From Candidatus Uhrbacteria bacterium (GTDB lineage: Bacteria; Patescibacteriota; Patescibacteriia; UBA9934; GWF2-40-263), in the NCBI GenBank assembly GCA_037131775.1, contig JBAXQK010000004.1:11054-75053 (forward strand): a DNA stretch of 64,000 bases. The letters are read 5' to 3'. Made by a program: the position numbers and the translations under genes. Below, in pieces: positions 1 through 10,655 of the stretch; the stretch's first letter is position 1, and every line of letters starts with the position of its first letter. The notes below the pieces were generated by a model, which was not told the origin of the DNA, did not search any database, and worked only from the letters and a program-made list of their open reading frames with translations.

Positions 1-1702
1 GACCGAGACGTGGAACCGCGACTCGGGGGCGTTCGTGTCGATGTACACGTACGTTCCGAAGTACCGCGTGAGCGCGTTTCAGGACGCGACCTGGATCTCG
101 GCGTCCCAGCCGGCGCGACTGACGGAATCCTCGGTAAAGCCGGGCGAGGTTGGTCATGTCAGCTTCAAGCTCCGCGCGCCGTCCGCGAAGGGCGCGTATG
201 CCGAGGCGTTCAAGCTCGCGGCCGAGGACGTGGCATGGATTCCGGGCGGAGACGTGACGGTGAACGTGTCGGTCGGCGGAATTGCCTCGGCCCCGGTCGC
301 CGCCGTCCCGGTTCCGACGACGAGTCCCGTGGTTCCGCCAACGCCGAGCGTCGGCGGCTCGTCTCCGGCGACGACGGTCCCGTCGGGCCTTTCCGCGGTT
401 CTTCTCCTTCGTTCCGCAAAGAAAGTAACGGCGCAGGCAAACGAGCAGATTTCCTTTACGCTTGGGATCAAGAACTCCGGAACCGTGCCCTGGGCGAAGC
501 GAGAGCTGTATTCCCGCGACGTACAGGCGGCAAGCGCGGCAAACTCGACCCCCGCGACCCTCGTCGTCTCAAAGTCGACGGACACGGTGCTTCCAGGATC
601 GATGGACCTGATGGACTTTACGTTCCGCGCGCCAAGCACGAAGGGAACGCACACCATCTCGTACTCGATGGTCGTGGACGGAAATGAAATCCCGAACTTT
701 CAGATCGACATCCCGGTGGAGGTGACGTCGAGCGCACCGGACGTCTACGTCCCGCCGAAAAGGAACGCGTCCCCGAGCGCGTCCGCCGGAAGCGGTTCCG
801 GAGGAATCATCGAGGGAGACAAGGTCGCGGAGCCTACGCTGCGGGTCGCCATCCTGACGGTCGATGACGAGACGGACAACAAGGTGGACGTTTCGTGCGA
901 GACCTCGTGGAAGCTGTTCGACGGCGACCGGGGGTTGCTCGCCGAGCTGAAGAAGGGCGAGTCGGTCGAGGCGTTCTACAAGAAGAATCGCTATTGGTAC
1001 AACCGTGGGAAGGGGCTTGAGAAGACGTCGTCCTTTCTCCGGTTCGTTCCCGACGAGGCGAACGCGGTGTGCAAGATCGAGAACTTCGATCGGACCGTGA
1101 CGCGCGGGTCCGACCACCCATACAACGAGTTCCGCAACGTCCTCGAGCTTCGCTACAATTCCGCGAAGGACCGGACCTGGGTCATCAACGAGCTGCCGAT
1201 GGAGCTCTACCTCCGCGGACTGGGCGAGACGTCGAACATTTCCCACCCGGAGTTTCAAAAGACGCTCCTGACGATCGCGAGGACGTACGCGTTCTCGATG
1301 TGGACGCACAAGAAAAAGCACGCCGACGAGTACTATGACATCTCGTCGTATGCCGATGACCAGGTGTATCGCGGCTACGGCCAGGAAAAGATCACCCCGA
1401 ACATCACGGCCGGCGTCCAGGCCACGGCCGGCGTCATTGTCACCTACCAGGGTGACACGGCCATTACCCCGTACTTCTCGCGCTCCGACGGCAAGACTCG
1501 CGCCTGGGGCGACGTCTGGTACGGCGACGTCGACTATCTCAAGAGCGTCCCGTGCCCGTGCGACAAGGGCAAGACCCTCTGGGGCCACGGCGTTGGAATG
1601 TCGGCCTCCGAGGCGCTGTGCCAGGCGAACGGGGGCAAGCAGTGGGGCGATATCATCCGTTACTTTTACTCCGGAGTGGATCTGACGAAGAGGTGGAAGT
1701 GA
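1..1702 (+). CDS. SpoIID/LytB-domain cell-wall protein with N-terminal Ig-like repeats (probably 5'-truncated by window edge)
   Basis: C-terminal SpoIID-like motifs INELPMELYLRGLGE, ARTYA, DDQVYRG, GHGVGMS..A; Pro/Ser linker; the frame is open back to the window start. Confidence 0.85.
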   Translation, partial: TETWNRDSGAFVSMYTYVPKYRVSAFQDATWISASQPARLTESSVKPGEVGHVSFKLRAPSAKGAYAEAFKLAAEDVAWIPGGDVTVNVSVGGIASAPVAAVPVPTTSPVVPPTPSVGGSSPATTVPSGLSAVLLLRSAKKVTAQANEQISFTLGIKNSGTVPWAKRELYSRDVQAASAANSTPATLVVSKSTDTVLPGSMDLMDFTFRAPSTKGTHTISYSMVVDGNEIPNFQIDIPVEVTSSAPDVYVPPKRNASPSASAGSGSGGIIEGDKVAEPTLRVAILTVDDETDNKVDVSCETSWKLFDGDRGLLAELKKGESVEAFYKKNRYWYNRGKGLEKTSSFLRFVPDEANAVCKIENFDRTVTRGSDHPYNEFRNVLELRYNSAKDRTWVINELPMELYLRGLGETSNISHPEFQKTLLTIARTYAFSMWTHKKKHADEYYDISSYADDQVYRGYGQEKITPNITAGVQATAGVIVTYQGDTAITPYFSRSDGKTRAWGDVWYGDVDYLKSVPCPCDKGKTLWGHGVGMSASEALCQANGGKQWGDIIRYFYSGVDLTKRWK

Positions 1703-2790
1703 CGAGTGGATACGAACCTACTAACTGGCTGCGTAACTACAAAACTACGAATATCAAGAAATTACTGATGTCGATCGTCATTGGTTCCGCGGTATTCCCC
1801 GCGACGGCTTTTGCCGCCCCAAACTTAGCCCTCCTCTCCGTCTATTCGTCTCGCGCCGACCTTCGGAAGGCGTTCGACAAGGCGGACAGTTACCAGGCGG
1901 CGGGACCGGGCGCCGGATTCCTCATCGACCTTGAGGATTGGGCGCGGCAGTACGGCTGGAGGGAGTACGCGTCGCTGTCGGCCTACGCGCCCGTATCGAC
2001 GCCTCCATCCCAGGTCGGGCACGCGGTTCCGCCGAAGACGACCGCCACCTCGTACGTCGTCATCGACAAATCGAGCGGAATCGTCCTTGCCGCGTCGCAC
2101 GCCGACACGGTCTGGCCGATCGCCTCGCTGACCAAGCTGATGACGTCGCAGATCGTGCTCGACTCGGGAACGAAGCTCACCAAGGTGTTTCCGGTGAAGA
2201 CCGAGGACGACGTGGGCGGGGCGAAGCTGTACGTCTCGAACGGGGACACCTTCACGCTCGACGGGCTGCTGTACGCGACGCTCGTCGGCTCGGCCAACAA
2301 CGCGGCGAACGCGATCACGCGCGCGACGGGGAAGAGCAAGCCCGACTTCGTAAAGGAAATGAACGCGCGCGCCGCGGCGCTCAACCTCGGGCGGACCAAG
2401 TACGTGGATCCGACCGGGATCGAGACCGGCAACGTGTCGACCGCCCGCGAGCTCGCGCTCGTCGCGGGAAACGCATTCTCTCGTCCCGACATCAAGCGGT
2501 ACACGACCACCGCGAAGGCGTCGATCAGCGTGCTCTCCCAGGGAACCGTGAAGACGATCAAGAACACCAACTGGATGCTCTGGAAGCCGCAGTACGACCA
2601 TGTTATCGTGACGGGAGGGAAGACCGGCTATCTCGTCGAGTCCGGATGGAACCTGGCCGTGGCGCTCCGTCCGAGCGCGAAGAACGAGAAGAGCGAGCTA
2701 CTCGTTGTCCTGTTCGGGGCCGAGTCCCGCGCGGCGTCGTTCGAGGACGCGGACGCGCTCTCCTCCTGGGCATGGAAGAACTTCAAGTGA
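1699..2790 (+). CDS. D-alanyl-D-alanine carboxypeptidase/endopeptidase (peptidase S11)
   Basis: SxxK (IASLTKLM), SxN (GSANNAA) and KTG motifs; signal-like N-terminus; start uncertain (GTG 1699 or ATG 1768). Confidence 0.88.
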   Translation: MTSGYEPTNWLRNYKTTNIKKLLMSIVIGSAVFPATAFAAPNLALLSVYSSRADLRKAFDKADSYQAAGPGAGFLIDLEDWARQYGWREYASLSAYAPVSTPPSQVGHAVPPKTTATSYVVIDKSSGIVLAASHADTVWPIASLTKLMTSQIVLDSGTKLTKVFPVKTEDDVGGAKLYVSNGDTFTLDGLLYATLVGSANNAANAITRATGKSKPDFVKEMNARAAALNLGRTKYVDPTGIETGNVSTARELALVAGNAFSRPDIKRYTTTAKASISVLSQGTVKTIKNTNWMLWKPQYDHVIVTGGKTGYLVESGWNLAVALRPSAKNEKSELLVVLFGAESRAASFEDADALSSWAWKNFK

Positions 2791-2826
2791 CCGAAAGCGA
2801 CTCCCGATCGGGAGTCGCTTTCGGTC
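2789..2826. terminator. Perfect 38-bp palindrome between convergent genes (bidirectional terminator-like)
   Basis: GACCGAAAGCGACTCCC-GATC-GGGAGTCGCTTTCGGTC. Confidence 0.7.
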
Positions 2827-2833
2827 GTTTCGC

Positions 2834-3412
2834 CTAGATCGTCTTCGTTCCGTCCGCCATTGCCGCGACGATGTTCTTCGCGTGCGTTTCCTTGTACTCC
2901 TCCACCATCTTGTTGATGATCTCCTTCACCTTTTCCGGATGGTCGATGCTCTTGAACTCGAACCGCTCGTGCTCGGCCGCGGTCTGCACGTACACGTCGC
3001 CGAAGTCGAAGAACGTGCCGACCATCCCGTACACCTCGCTCGTCACGTCCTGGACGGCGGCCAGGTGCAGCTCGGACGCGACCCGGTTGAACAGTCCCTT
3101 CTGCTCGATGTTGATGATGCGGTCGTTCGTGATGACCCAGGTGTCTAGGTAGTAGTCGGTGAACTCCAGGAAGCTGAACAGCCAAAGGCACAGCACGTAC
3201 ATGCTGGCGAACATCATGATGATCGGCCCGAAGATCGGGTGCTGGAGCCAGACGCCGACCCGGTCCCAGAAGAAGATCGCGATCCCCGTGGGTACGGCGA
3301 TCATGAACGCGAATGCGACGATGATCGCCGCCCAGGCGAACCACTGGCGGCGCAGGAACATCACCACGTGCTCGTCCGGCTTTTGGTTCGGCAGTTGCTT
3401 GAGGTCGTACAT
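2834..3412 (-). CDS. Membrane protein with bacterial PH domain (YdbS-like)
   Basis: Two TM helices, then WVITNDRIINIEQKGLF..VQDVTSEV.G..FDFGDVYVQTAA. Confidence 0.8.
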   Translation of the reverse strand: MYDLKQLPNQKPDEHVVMFLRRQWFAWAAIIVAFAFMIAVPTGIAIFFWDRVGVWLQHPIFGPIIMMFASMYVLCLWLFSFLEFTDYYLDTWVITNDRIINIEQKGLFNRVASELHLAAVQDVTSEVYGMVGTFFDFGDVYVQTAAEHERFEFKSIDHPEKVKEIINKMVEEYKETHAKNIVAAMADGTKTI

Positions 3413-3415
3413 AGG

Positions 3416-3709
3416 CTATTTTCCTGGGAAAAACTGCTTGGTGCTTGCCGTCTGCCGGAGAAGGTCGGAAACGGAGATGGACGCGGACCAGTCGTACGGC
3501 GCCAGCAGGAAGACGGTCGCCCCCACGAGCAGGACGGTTCCCCCGGCGAACAGCGCGGTGACGGCGTACAGTCCCGTGCTCGCCGTACCGAACCGAACGA
3601 GGTGGTACAGGTTGAAGAGGCTATACAACGAGAAGACGGCGAGGAACAGCCCGTAGGCGCCCAGGAACGTCCACATGGGAATGGCGAGGTTTGTGATGTC
3701 GAAAGGCAT
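3416..3709 (-). CDS. Small hypothetical membrane protein
   Basis: Two hydrophobic helices; tightly packed with neighbouring genes. Confidence 0.7.
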   Translation of the reverse strand: MPFDITNLAIPMWTFLGAYGLFLAVFSLYSLFNLYHLVRFGTASTGLYAVTALFAGGTVLLVGATVFLLAPYDWSASISVSDLLRQTASTKQFFPGK

Positions 3710-3724
3710 ATCCCGATGATTTTA

Positions 3725-4759
3725 TCACGAATCGCGGTTTAGCGGGACGTCGTACCCGAGGTGCCGGTACGCCGCGTCCGTCGCGACCCGTCCGCGCGGG
3801 GTCCGGGCCAGGAATCCGAGCTGAAGCAGGAACGGCTCGTATACGTCCTCGATGGTGTCGATCTCCTCCTGGGTCGAGGCCGCGAGCGTGGAGAGGCCGA
3901 CCGGGCCGCCGTTGAACTTCTCGATGATGGTCGCGAGCAGGCGTCGGTCGACGTCGTCGAGGCCGTGCGCGTCCACGTTGAGCATCTTGAGCGCGTCGGC
4001 GGCGACGGACGTGGAGATCCTTCCGTCGGCGCGTACGTCGGCGAAGTCTCGGACGCGGCGGAGGAGGCGGTTGGCGATGCGCGGGGTTCGGCGCGAGCGC
4101 CCGGCGAGCAGGTCGACCGCGTCCGCGTCCGTCTCGACGTTGAGCAACTTCGCGCTCCGGGCGACGATCTTGCCGATGTCGTCGTGATCGTAGAAGTTGA
4201 GGTGGTACGTCATACCGAACCGGTCGCGCAGCGGGGAAGAGAGGAGCGAGAGCCGCGTGGTCGCGCCGATGATCGTGAACTTCTCGAGGTTGAGCCGCAG
4301 CGTCCGCGCGGTCGGTCCCTTGCCCACGATGATATCGAGCGCGTAGTCCTCCATGGCGGGATACAGGATCTCCTCGATCGTCCGGTTCATGCGGTGGATC
4401 TCGTCTATGAACAGCACGTCGCCCTTCTGCATGTTGGAAAGGATCGCCGCCAGGTCGCCGACCTTCTCAAGCGCCGGCCCGGACGTGATCCGGATCTGCG
4501 CCCCCAGCTCGTTCGCGATGATCGACGCGAGCGTGGTCTTCCCGAGCCCCGGGTTTCCATAGAGGAGGACGTGTTCCAAGGGCTCGTCTCGCTTCTTCGC
4601 CGCCTCGATCACGATGTTCAGGTTTTCCTTCAATGCCTCCTGCCCAACGAATTCGGCCAGCGACTTCGGCCTCAAACCCACCTCAAACTCACGCTCGGGG
4701 CCAGCCGCCGCGTCCGTCACGACCCGCTCCGGAACGTCCATTTCATCGCGCTCGATCAT
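3725..4759 (-). CDS. ruvB: Holliday junction branch migration helicase RuvB
   Basis: [51 protein letters not shown]. Confidence 0.98.
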   Translation of the reverse strand: MIERDEMDVPERVVTDAAAGPEREFEVGLRPKSLAEFVGQEALKENLNIVIEAAKKRDEPLEHVLLYGNPGLGKTTLASIIANELGAQIRITSGPALEKVGDLAAILSNMQKGDVLFIDEIHRMNRTIEEILYPAMEDYALDIIVGKGPTARTLRLNLEKFTIIGATTRLSLLSSPLRDRFGMTYHLNFYDHDDIGKIVARSAKLLNVETDADAVDLLAGRSRRTPRIANRLLRRVRDFADVRADGRISTSVAADALKMLNVDAHGLDDVDRRLLATIIEKFNGGPVGLSTLAASTQEEIDTIEDVYEPFLLQLGFLARTPRGRVATDAAYRHLGYDVPLNRDS

Positions 4760-4803
4760 ACGCTGGCATTATACATGATCGACGGTTCTTGTGGTGCGCA
4801 AAC

Positions 4804-4832
4804 GAAAATCCCCGGCAATTGCCGGGGATTTT
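4804..4832. terminator. Intrinsic terminator hairpin
   Basis: AAAATCCCCGGC-AATT-GCCGGGGATTTT. Confidence 0.7.
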
Positions 4833-4842
4833 GAATGCGTGC

Positions 4843-5049
4843 CTATTTCGCGCAACACTTGCACATTCCGACGCACATCTTCTTCATGCCGAGGACGATG
4901 AGCAAAATCGGCCAGACGATTCCGACCGTCTGCGCGCTGACGTAGCCCAGGTTGCCGAGCAGGAACGTGACGCCGATGATCACGACGATGAGCGGAATGA
5001 CCTTGTGGCACTTGCACTTGGACGCGCACTCCTTGGACCCTTCGAACAT
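4843..5049 (-). CDS. Small two-TM protein (LiaF/DUF5668-like) with Cys-rich ends
   Basis: MFEGSKECASKCKCHK..IGVTFLLGNLG..WPILLIVLG..CKCCAK. Confidence 0.7.
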   Translation of the reverse strand: MFEGSKECASKCKCHKVIPLIVVIIGVTFLLGNLGYVSAQTVGIVWPILLIVLGMKKMCVGMCKCCAK

Positions 5050-5202
5050 ACGGTTTGTATGAGTGAATAATGGTTCCATGGTAGCACGGGCAGTTGACAA
5101 AAGCACCTTTTTTGTCCGGAAATTGAAGGAATGCTCTCGTTTGTAACGCGGGACGACTTCGAGCGTTGAACAGGTGCATTTTAAACTCATGAAAACTTCC
5201 AT

Positions 5203-5715
5203 ATGACCCATCGATTCCGAACGGTTGCAATCATTCTTGTCGTAATCCTGACCACGGCTGGCATCGCGCTCAGTGTCAGGCAGCAGCTGTCGAGCCAAGC
5301 GTCCCAACCTGCCGCGAATGCGCTTGAAACGGACGAGGAAAGCGTCGCGGGCGCGAAGGGCGCAGTGATCGATTTCCTCACGGCGTTGCATGACAAGCGG
5401 TACGCGGAGGCGGAAACGTTTTATGGGTCGGACTACGGGCTTCTCTGGAACTGGAATCCGACGGTCGAGTCGAGCGACCACGCGGCGCTGTGGAAAAACG
5501 GGTGCGAGATGAACGGCCTCGTCTGTCTGGAGATTCGCAACCTTGCCGTCGCGGAGCACCCGGACGCGAAGACGTACGTGGTAAACGTCTGGCTCTCGAA
5601 CGCGGACAAGACGGAGTTTACGACGGAATTCGGGCAGACGATGTTCCCGTTCACGGTCGCGAAGCTCGACAATGGAACGTTCGAGGTTCAGACGATGCCG
5701 CCATACCAGGAGTAA
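5203..5715 (+). CDS. Hypothetical exported protein
   Basis: N-terminal TM/signal; followed by hairpin at 5717-5755. Confidence 0.7.
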   Translation: MTHRFRTVAIILVVILTTAGIALSVRQQLSSQASQPAANALETDEESVAGAKGAVIDFLTALHDKRYAEAETFYGSDYGLLWNWNPTVESSDHAALWKNGCEMNGLVCLEIRNLAVAEHPDAKTYVVNVWLSNADKTEFTTEFGQTMFPFTVAKLDNGTFEVQTMPPYQE

Positions 5716-5758
5716 TGAAAACGCGTTCGTCACCTGGTGACGAACGCGTTTTTTTTGC

Positions 5759-6550
5759 TCACGTAGGTATCCCGTCCTTCGCCATGCGGATCGTCGAAAC
5801 CGCGTAGTACCAGAGCGAATCCTCCTCGCCGCTCATGACGCGCTTCCATGTCTTCGAGAAGACATTTGCGTGCATCTGCTCTCCGCCGGCCCTCGGGATC
5901 TCGACCATGAGCGTCCCGTCGTTCATGGTCCATGCCCCTCCCGTTTCCCGCGCGATGATGTCGCCGAGGTACGCGCCGAAGGTACAGACGACGGTTTGCA
6001 TTGCCTGTGGCTTTCGCTCGCCCCATGCGCTCGAGATCGTCGCGTCGATGTCCCGGAGCGACCCGACGGACCCGTCGTACTCCTTTTGGAAGATCTGGCG
6101 CGATGTCGAGAGGAACGTTCTGTTCCACTCGGCGAGCATCTCTCGTTCCTGCGGAGAGATCCGTCGGCTGTTCGGGATCCAGACGGGATACAGCCCGCTC
6201 ATGGGCGCTCTGCCCGTCTCATCGGGATTCATCGCAACTTCGACGCGGATGCGCGGCACGGACGACCCGTTCCGATCGGGTACGTCGCCTTCCTCGCGGA
6301 TGGCGGTCGCCTCCCATCGCGTCGTACGAAAGACGTCTCGCATGACGCGCTCGAGGACGGCCCCGAGCGTCTCGCCCGGCTGGATCTTGTCCGCGTAGCA
6401 CCGGGGCAACGCGTCCCGCGACGGTTCCGCGGATTCGAACAGCTCAAGCCTCCACTCGAGCGGAAACGGGATCTTCTCGTTCGCCGTGTGTCCGATCGGC
6501 TGGATCGCAAGGAATGTCTTTCGAGTGACGGGGGCGGTTGGGTCGAACAT
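5759..6550 (-). CDS. Hypothetical protein
   Basis: ORF from MFDPTAP; C-terminal FGAYLGDII..GGAW motif. Confidence 0.6.
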   Translation of the reverse strand: MFDPTAPVTRKTFLAIQPIGHTANEKIPFPLEWRLELFESAEPSRDALPRCYADKIQPGETLGAVLERVMRDVFRTTRWEATAIREEGDVPDRNGSSVPRIRVEVAMNPDETGRAPMSGLYPVWIPNSRRISPQEREMLAEWNRTFLSTSRQIFQKEYDGSVGSLRDIDATISSAWGERKPQAMQTVVCTFGAYLGDIIARETGGAWTMNDGTLMVEIPRAGGEQMHANVFSKTWKRVMSGEEDSLWYYAVSTIRMAKDGIPT

Positions 6551-6572
6551 AGCTTGCGGGAGCAAAAAGTTT

Positions 6573-6812
6573 CTATTCCATCTTCGTGATTCGCGCGTCC
6601 AGCAGCGACGGATCGATTCCGAACGATTGGAGTGCCTGGCCAAAGAGGAGCACGAGGATGGACGCAATGACCGACGCCCCGAGCGCCGTCCCGATCCCGA
6701 ACAGGAGTCCCATCAGGAACTTTTTTCGCAACGAATTTTGAAGTTCCATCGCGTCAGCCACGCGCGCGATTTCGTTCGCGAGCCGGTCGGAGTCGTGTTT
6801 CTGTGAGGACAT
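6573..6812 (-). CDS. Small membrane protein (DUF5665-like)
   Basis: FLMGLLFGIGTALGASVI TM motif. Confidence 0.65.
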   Translation of the reverse strand: MSSQKHDSDRLANEIARVADAMELQNSLRKKFLMGLLFGIGTALGASVIASILVLLFGQALQSFGIDPSLLDARITKME

Positions 6813-6821
6813 AGGCGCAAG

Positions 6822-7718
6822 TTATGTTTCTCCGCGTAACAGCCTCGTCAGTTTCTCCGGCACCATCGGGACGGGGATGTTATTTTCGTCGAGCACGCCG
6901 CACGTGATGAACTCACCCTTATAATACCAGTAGACGAACGGACTCACCGCTCCGGGGGATGACGTGTGCTCCTTCCAGGCGTATGGGCCGAGAATCTCGT
7001 AGACGCGGCCGGACTCGAACCCTTCGATCGGATGGACGACGAGGCGATTGCGGTTCGGGACGACCACGAGCGCGCCGAACGGTCCGACCCATTCCTGGCC
7101 GTCGGCGATGCGGAGGGCGAGGGTCGAGGCGAACACGTCGCCGTCAAAGAAGTAGGTGGTCTGTCCTGGCTTCTCGCGGTCGACGTCGGTCGGGACCATC
7201 GGCCGCTTGCGGAGATTGTCCATCGCGACGGAGAAGATTTCCGCGTCGGTTTTTCCCCAGGTCTTCGCATGCGTCCGGTTGACGTGCGTCGTGGAGGTCG
7301 GCATGTCGAACACCACGTACGTCTTCGTCCCTTCCAGGTCGTTGCGCGCGTAAAAGTCCTCCTGGTGGTACCCGAGCAGCTTGCTCTTCCCGTAGAGACG
7401 CGGCATCAGGATGTCCCGCACGTCCTCGAAGCGCTGCGAAAGGCGCGTCAGGCTGTCTCCTTCCTCCACGGCAAGCCGAATCTGCCGGAAGTGCTCCGCG
7501 ACCGTCGCCTTCCACGTTTCCTCCCCGTCCTTCGCGCACGCCGCCGCCACGTTGTACAGCCCGAACGGCCGTTCCTTGTCGCCGTCCACGGTTGCCATGC
7601 CATCGACGATCTCGACCGCCTTGCCGTGAGCCGCGAAGTCCGCCACGACGAGCGCGCAGAACCGCTCGTACTGCGCGTCGTCCATGAATTTGAAGTCGGG
7701 AGGTCGGGTCGATGCCAT
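6822..7718 (-). CDS. Hypothetical protein (DUF1444-like)
   Basis: LMPRLY..VVFDMP..WG....IFSVAMDNLR..ALVVVPNR pattern; start MASTRPP. Confidence 0.6.
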   Translation of the reverse strand: MASTRPPDFKFMDDAQYERFCALVVADFAAHGKAVEIVDGMATVDGDKERPFGLYNVAAACAKDGEETWKATVAEHFRQIRLAVEEGDSLTRLSQRFEDVRDILMPRLYGKSKLLGYHQEDFYARNDLEGTKTYVVFDMPTSTTHVNRTHAKTWGKTDAEIFSVAMDNLRKRPMVPTDVDREKPGQTTYFFDGDVFASTLALRIADGQEWVGPFGALVVVPNRNRLVVHPIEGFESGRVYEILGPYAWKEHTSSPGAVSPFVYWYYKGEFITCGVLDENNIPVPMVPEKLTRLLRGET

Positions 7719-7873
7719 AGGGATTTCGTAAGGATGGATTTTGCCGTCGATTATACCAGGGCAGCCGCACGACTGCGCGGAACGTGCAATAGTCCGGGTC
7801 ATTGACCGAAGGGTCGGAACACGGTAGGTTGCTCGGATGGACAATTCGTCCCTCTTTTTTCGGAGACCTTCCC

Positions 7874-8242
7874 ATGCTGGCCGACAAACCGTTCCTTCTC
7901 GTTCTCGACGACCTTCTGCGTCCGCATTCCACCGCGGAATCGCCGCTCGATTGCTGCCGCGCGCGCGGGGAGTTTCTTGGCGTGTCGCATTCGCAGATGC
8001 ATCGGATTCAACGAGGACTCGTTCCTCTGTCGGCAAAGATGGCGCGCAGATTCGCCTCTCGGATCGGCCGGACGCAGGCGGAGCGCGATCAAGTCTGCGC
8101 GGATCTTCTGCCCTTCGTGACCAATCCTTGCGACGATGCGCTTCGGCGAGTGAGGATGTGCCTCGAAGCGGCACGCCTCCAGAGTGGGGCGACTCTCAAG
8201 GTCGGCGGGCGCTCCAAGCCGCCGTACGACCTGATGCTCTAG
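7874..8242 (+). CDS. Putative XRE-like HTH protein
   Basis: FLGVSHSQMHRIQRGLVPLS; upstream TTGACC-17-TAGGTT and GGAGA RBS. Confidence 0.5.
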   Translation: MLADKPFLLVLDDLLRPHSTAESPLDCCRARGEFLGVSHSQMHRIQRGLVPLSAKMARRFASRIGRTQAERDQVCADLLPFVTNPCDDALRRVRMCLEAARLQSGATLKVGGRSKPPYDLML

Positions 8243-8296
8243 CACCTTGCCGCGTTTTGTCCTTCGGGATAAGCGCGGATTTTTTTTGTGGTCGGA

Positions 8297-8572
8297 TTAT
8301 TTCCGATGAAGATGATTCTTTATCCATCGGTCCTTGAGGACCGGGAGCGTCTGCGTCGAGAGCAAGAACCCTACGGTCGGGATAAGTGCATTGAAAACCG
8401 GATTGCGCACGCCGATAAGGAACAGCGCCGTCGCCGCGACGACGTACGTGATCGCGCAGATGGAAACGATTCGGAACGAGCTTGTCTCCCACGACTTGTC
8501 GACCTCGACGCGACCGTTCCTTCGTTCGATCTCCGTCAGTCGTTCCTCGATGCGTTGAATGCGTTCGTCCAT
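8297..8572 (-). CDS. Small hypothetical membrane protein
   Basis: ERRNGRVEVDKSWETS plus two TM helices. Confidence 0.7.
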   Translation of the reverse strand: MDERIQRIEERLTEIERRNGRVEVDKSWETSSFRIVSICAITYVVAATALFLIGVRNPVFNALIPTVGFLLSTQTLPVLKDRWIKNHLHRK

Positions 8573-8599
8573 ATGATGACAGTCTATCAGATCAATCGC

Positions 8600-8642
8600 G
8601 GGCAGGATTCGAACCTACGATATCCGCGATAACAGCGCGTCG
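8600..8642 (-). pseudogene. Degenerate tRNA-Asn fragment (anticodon arm to T arm)
   Basis: 40/43 identical to 12701-12743 of the intact tRNA-Asn; no acceptor stem. Confidence 0.75.
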
Positions 8643-8657
8643 CTCTCTGATTGCTCG

Positions 8658-9635
8658 TTATGATTTGCTTTTTGCCAGCAGCCGGCACACGAGCCACACC
8701 AGCTTTCCCTTGTCCTTCGGGTCGCTCTCCGCGATGAGCAGCGTAAGCGCGGTCAGCGCTTCCGGTGACATGCGGGTCGGGTCGAGGCGCTTGGCGCGGC
8801 GGAGGAACCACACGAACGCGAACGCGGCGCTGCGCTTGTTGCCGTCGGCGAGGACGTGGTTCTTCACGACGAAGTAGAGCAGATGCGCCGCCTTTTCCTC
8901 GACGGTCGGATACACCGGCTTCCCGCCGAACGACTGCATGACGCTCCCAACGATCCCGCCGATCCCGTCGCGCACGCGCTCCTGTCCGAACAGCTCGGTC
9001 GCCTGGCCCTTCTCGACGAGGGCTCCCTTGAACACGACAAGCGCCGCGCGCAGTCCGTCCGCGGTGAGCGCGACGACCTTTTTCGTCGATCCCTTCATCG
9101 CCAGCTCGTCCTTGTCGTACGCGTCCAGCGACATCCATGTGTCCGCGAACGCGCGCACGAGTTCGAGGACGCTTGATGCGTCGACGGTGCCATTCGCCGG
9201 GACGAGCGCCTTGATGTCGTCCACGGCTTTGAGGAACTCGGCGTAGTGCGCGGAGATTCGGGCGGGGTTGATGGTGTAGCCCTGGGTGATGTGGGCGCGG
9301 AGGACGCCGGTGGACCACTTGCGGAACTCGACGGCCGCCTTGGAATTTGCGCGATAGCCAACCGCCAGGATGATGTCCAGGGAGTAATGGGCAACCGGTT
9401 TGTCCGAATTTGCAATGTGCATTTTTTGCACATTGCTTTTCTCCGCGACCTCGCCACTGTGAAAGACATTGTTGACGTGCTTGGTAACGACGGAGCGTTC
9501 AACCCCAAAAACCTGGGCAATTTGCGCCTGCGTAGCCCAAATCGTCTCGTTCGCCGCGTCCGCCCGCAGCTCAATCGCCCCAGTCTTCGCCTGATACACG
9601 GCCAGTTGGTTCGTCGCGCTTCGGCTCTGTTTCAT
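8658..9635 (-). CDS. RhuM-family/Fic (death-on-curing) fusion protein
   Basis: ETIWATQAQIAQVF..YSLDIILAVGYR..FRKW (RhuM); Fic motif HVLADGNKRSA. Confidence 0.92.
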   Translation of the reverse strand: MKQSRSATNQLAVYQAKTGAIELRADAANETIWATQAQIAQVFGVERSVVTKHVNNVFHSGEVAEKSNVQKMHIANSDKPVAHYSLDIILAVGYRANSKAAVEFRKWSTGVLRAHITQGYTINPARISAHYAEFLKAVDDIKALVPANGTVDASSVLELVRAFADTWMSLDAYDKDELAMKGSTKKVVALTADGLRAALVVFKGALVEKGQATELFGQERVRDGIGGIVGSVMQSFGGKPVYPTVEEKAAHLLYFVVKNHVLADGNKRSAAFAFVWFLRRAKRLDPTRMSPEALTALTLLIAESDPKDKGKLVWLVCRLLAKSKS

Positions 9636-9724
9636 ACCCATACAGTCTACCTGCATTCCACGCGGATTTCCAACGAAAAAACCAGCTGCTTGGCTGATTC
9701 CTTGGATTTTACAATTAATTCTTT

Positions 9725-10057
9725 CTACGCCACGATTCGCTTCAGCGCCTCCGTCGTCGCGTCGTGCAGCGCGTACTCGAACCGTCCGACGTCTCGGGAC
9801 GAGTAGGCCGGAATCCCGTCGCGGATTGCCGGACGCGCAAGGCCGACGGACTCGCGCATGTCCTCTCCCTGTTCCAGCTCTTCCTGCGTAAGGCGCCGCA
9901 CCGATGTCGCGTCGATGCAGACCCCACCGTCATTCTCGTAGTTGAACCCAACCTTCATCGTGAACTGCTTGCGAAGATCCGGCGGAACCACAGCGATGGC
10001 CGCCTGCAGATACTCGCAGAATTCATCGTACGTCTTCTTGAAGAACACGGTGCGCAT
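9725..10057 (-). CDS. Hypothetical protein
   Basis: 110-aa ORF with host-like codon use. Confidence 0.5.
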   Translation of the reverse strand: MRTVFFKKTYDEFCEYLQAAIAVVPPDLRKQFTMKVGFNYENDGGVCIDATSVRRLTQEELEQGEDMRESVGLARPAIRDGIPAYSSRDVGRFEYALHDATTEALKRIVA

Positions 10058-10209
10058 CGCAAGCTCGGTCTTTCCGTCGTCCGAAGCCGCGCGGAATTCA
10101 AAATGCGTGGTCTCGCATTCGTTCTCCGCGAACGTGGACGCGATCGCCCCTGGACAAAAGACAACCCGAATAAAAAACCCGCGGGGCCAGGTGGCCTGCG
10201 GGAGCGATG

Positions 10210-10650
10210 CTACTTCTTGAGCCAGGTGAGGAGCTCGTCGCCGATGAGCATGTCGTTGAGCACGTCGTCGTCGGCCGTCATGAGCTTCCGGACGTCCCGG
10301 ATCACCGCGAGGCCGGTGTTGTCGAACTCGTCGCCGATCTGCTTCAGGAACGGGAAGTCGAGCCCGTCGTGGACGCCGATGAACAGGAAGTAGATCTGGT
10401 CATGGCGTTCCTGGGACTGGCGCAGCACCTGGCGCGTGCGATCCTTGTCCGAATTGTCGCCGTCCGTGATGAACAGGACGATGCTCGGGCGCTTGGTCGC
10501 CTGGACGGGGGCCGGGGCCGCCTTCTTGAAGAAGCCCATGAACCCGCCGCCGCTCGACTTGGCCGCCTCCTGCGAGGGGAGCCAGCCGAAGTTCCGCATC
10601 GCCGACTCGAGCACGAAGCTGTAGTCGGTTCCGCCGCGCCAGCCAGGGAC
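10210..10650 (-). pseudogene. 5'-truncated vWA (TerF-associated-like) gene
   Basis: GGTDYSFV..VLFITDGDNSD..YFLFIGV..ELLTWLK; N-terminal DxSxS MIDAS half absent; frame closes near 10716 with no ATG upstream. Confidence 0.7.
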
Positions 10651-10655
10651 GCGCG

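Noticed and set aside
1-1702. Sporulation inferred from SpoIID
   Set aside because: SpoIID/LytB domains are widespread peptidoglycan enzymes in non-sporulating bacteria.
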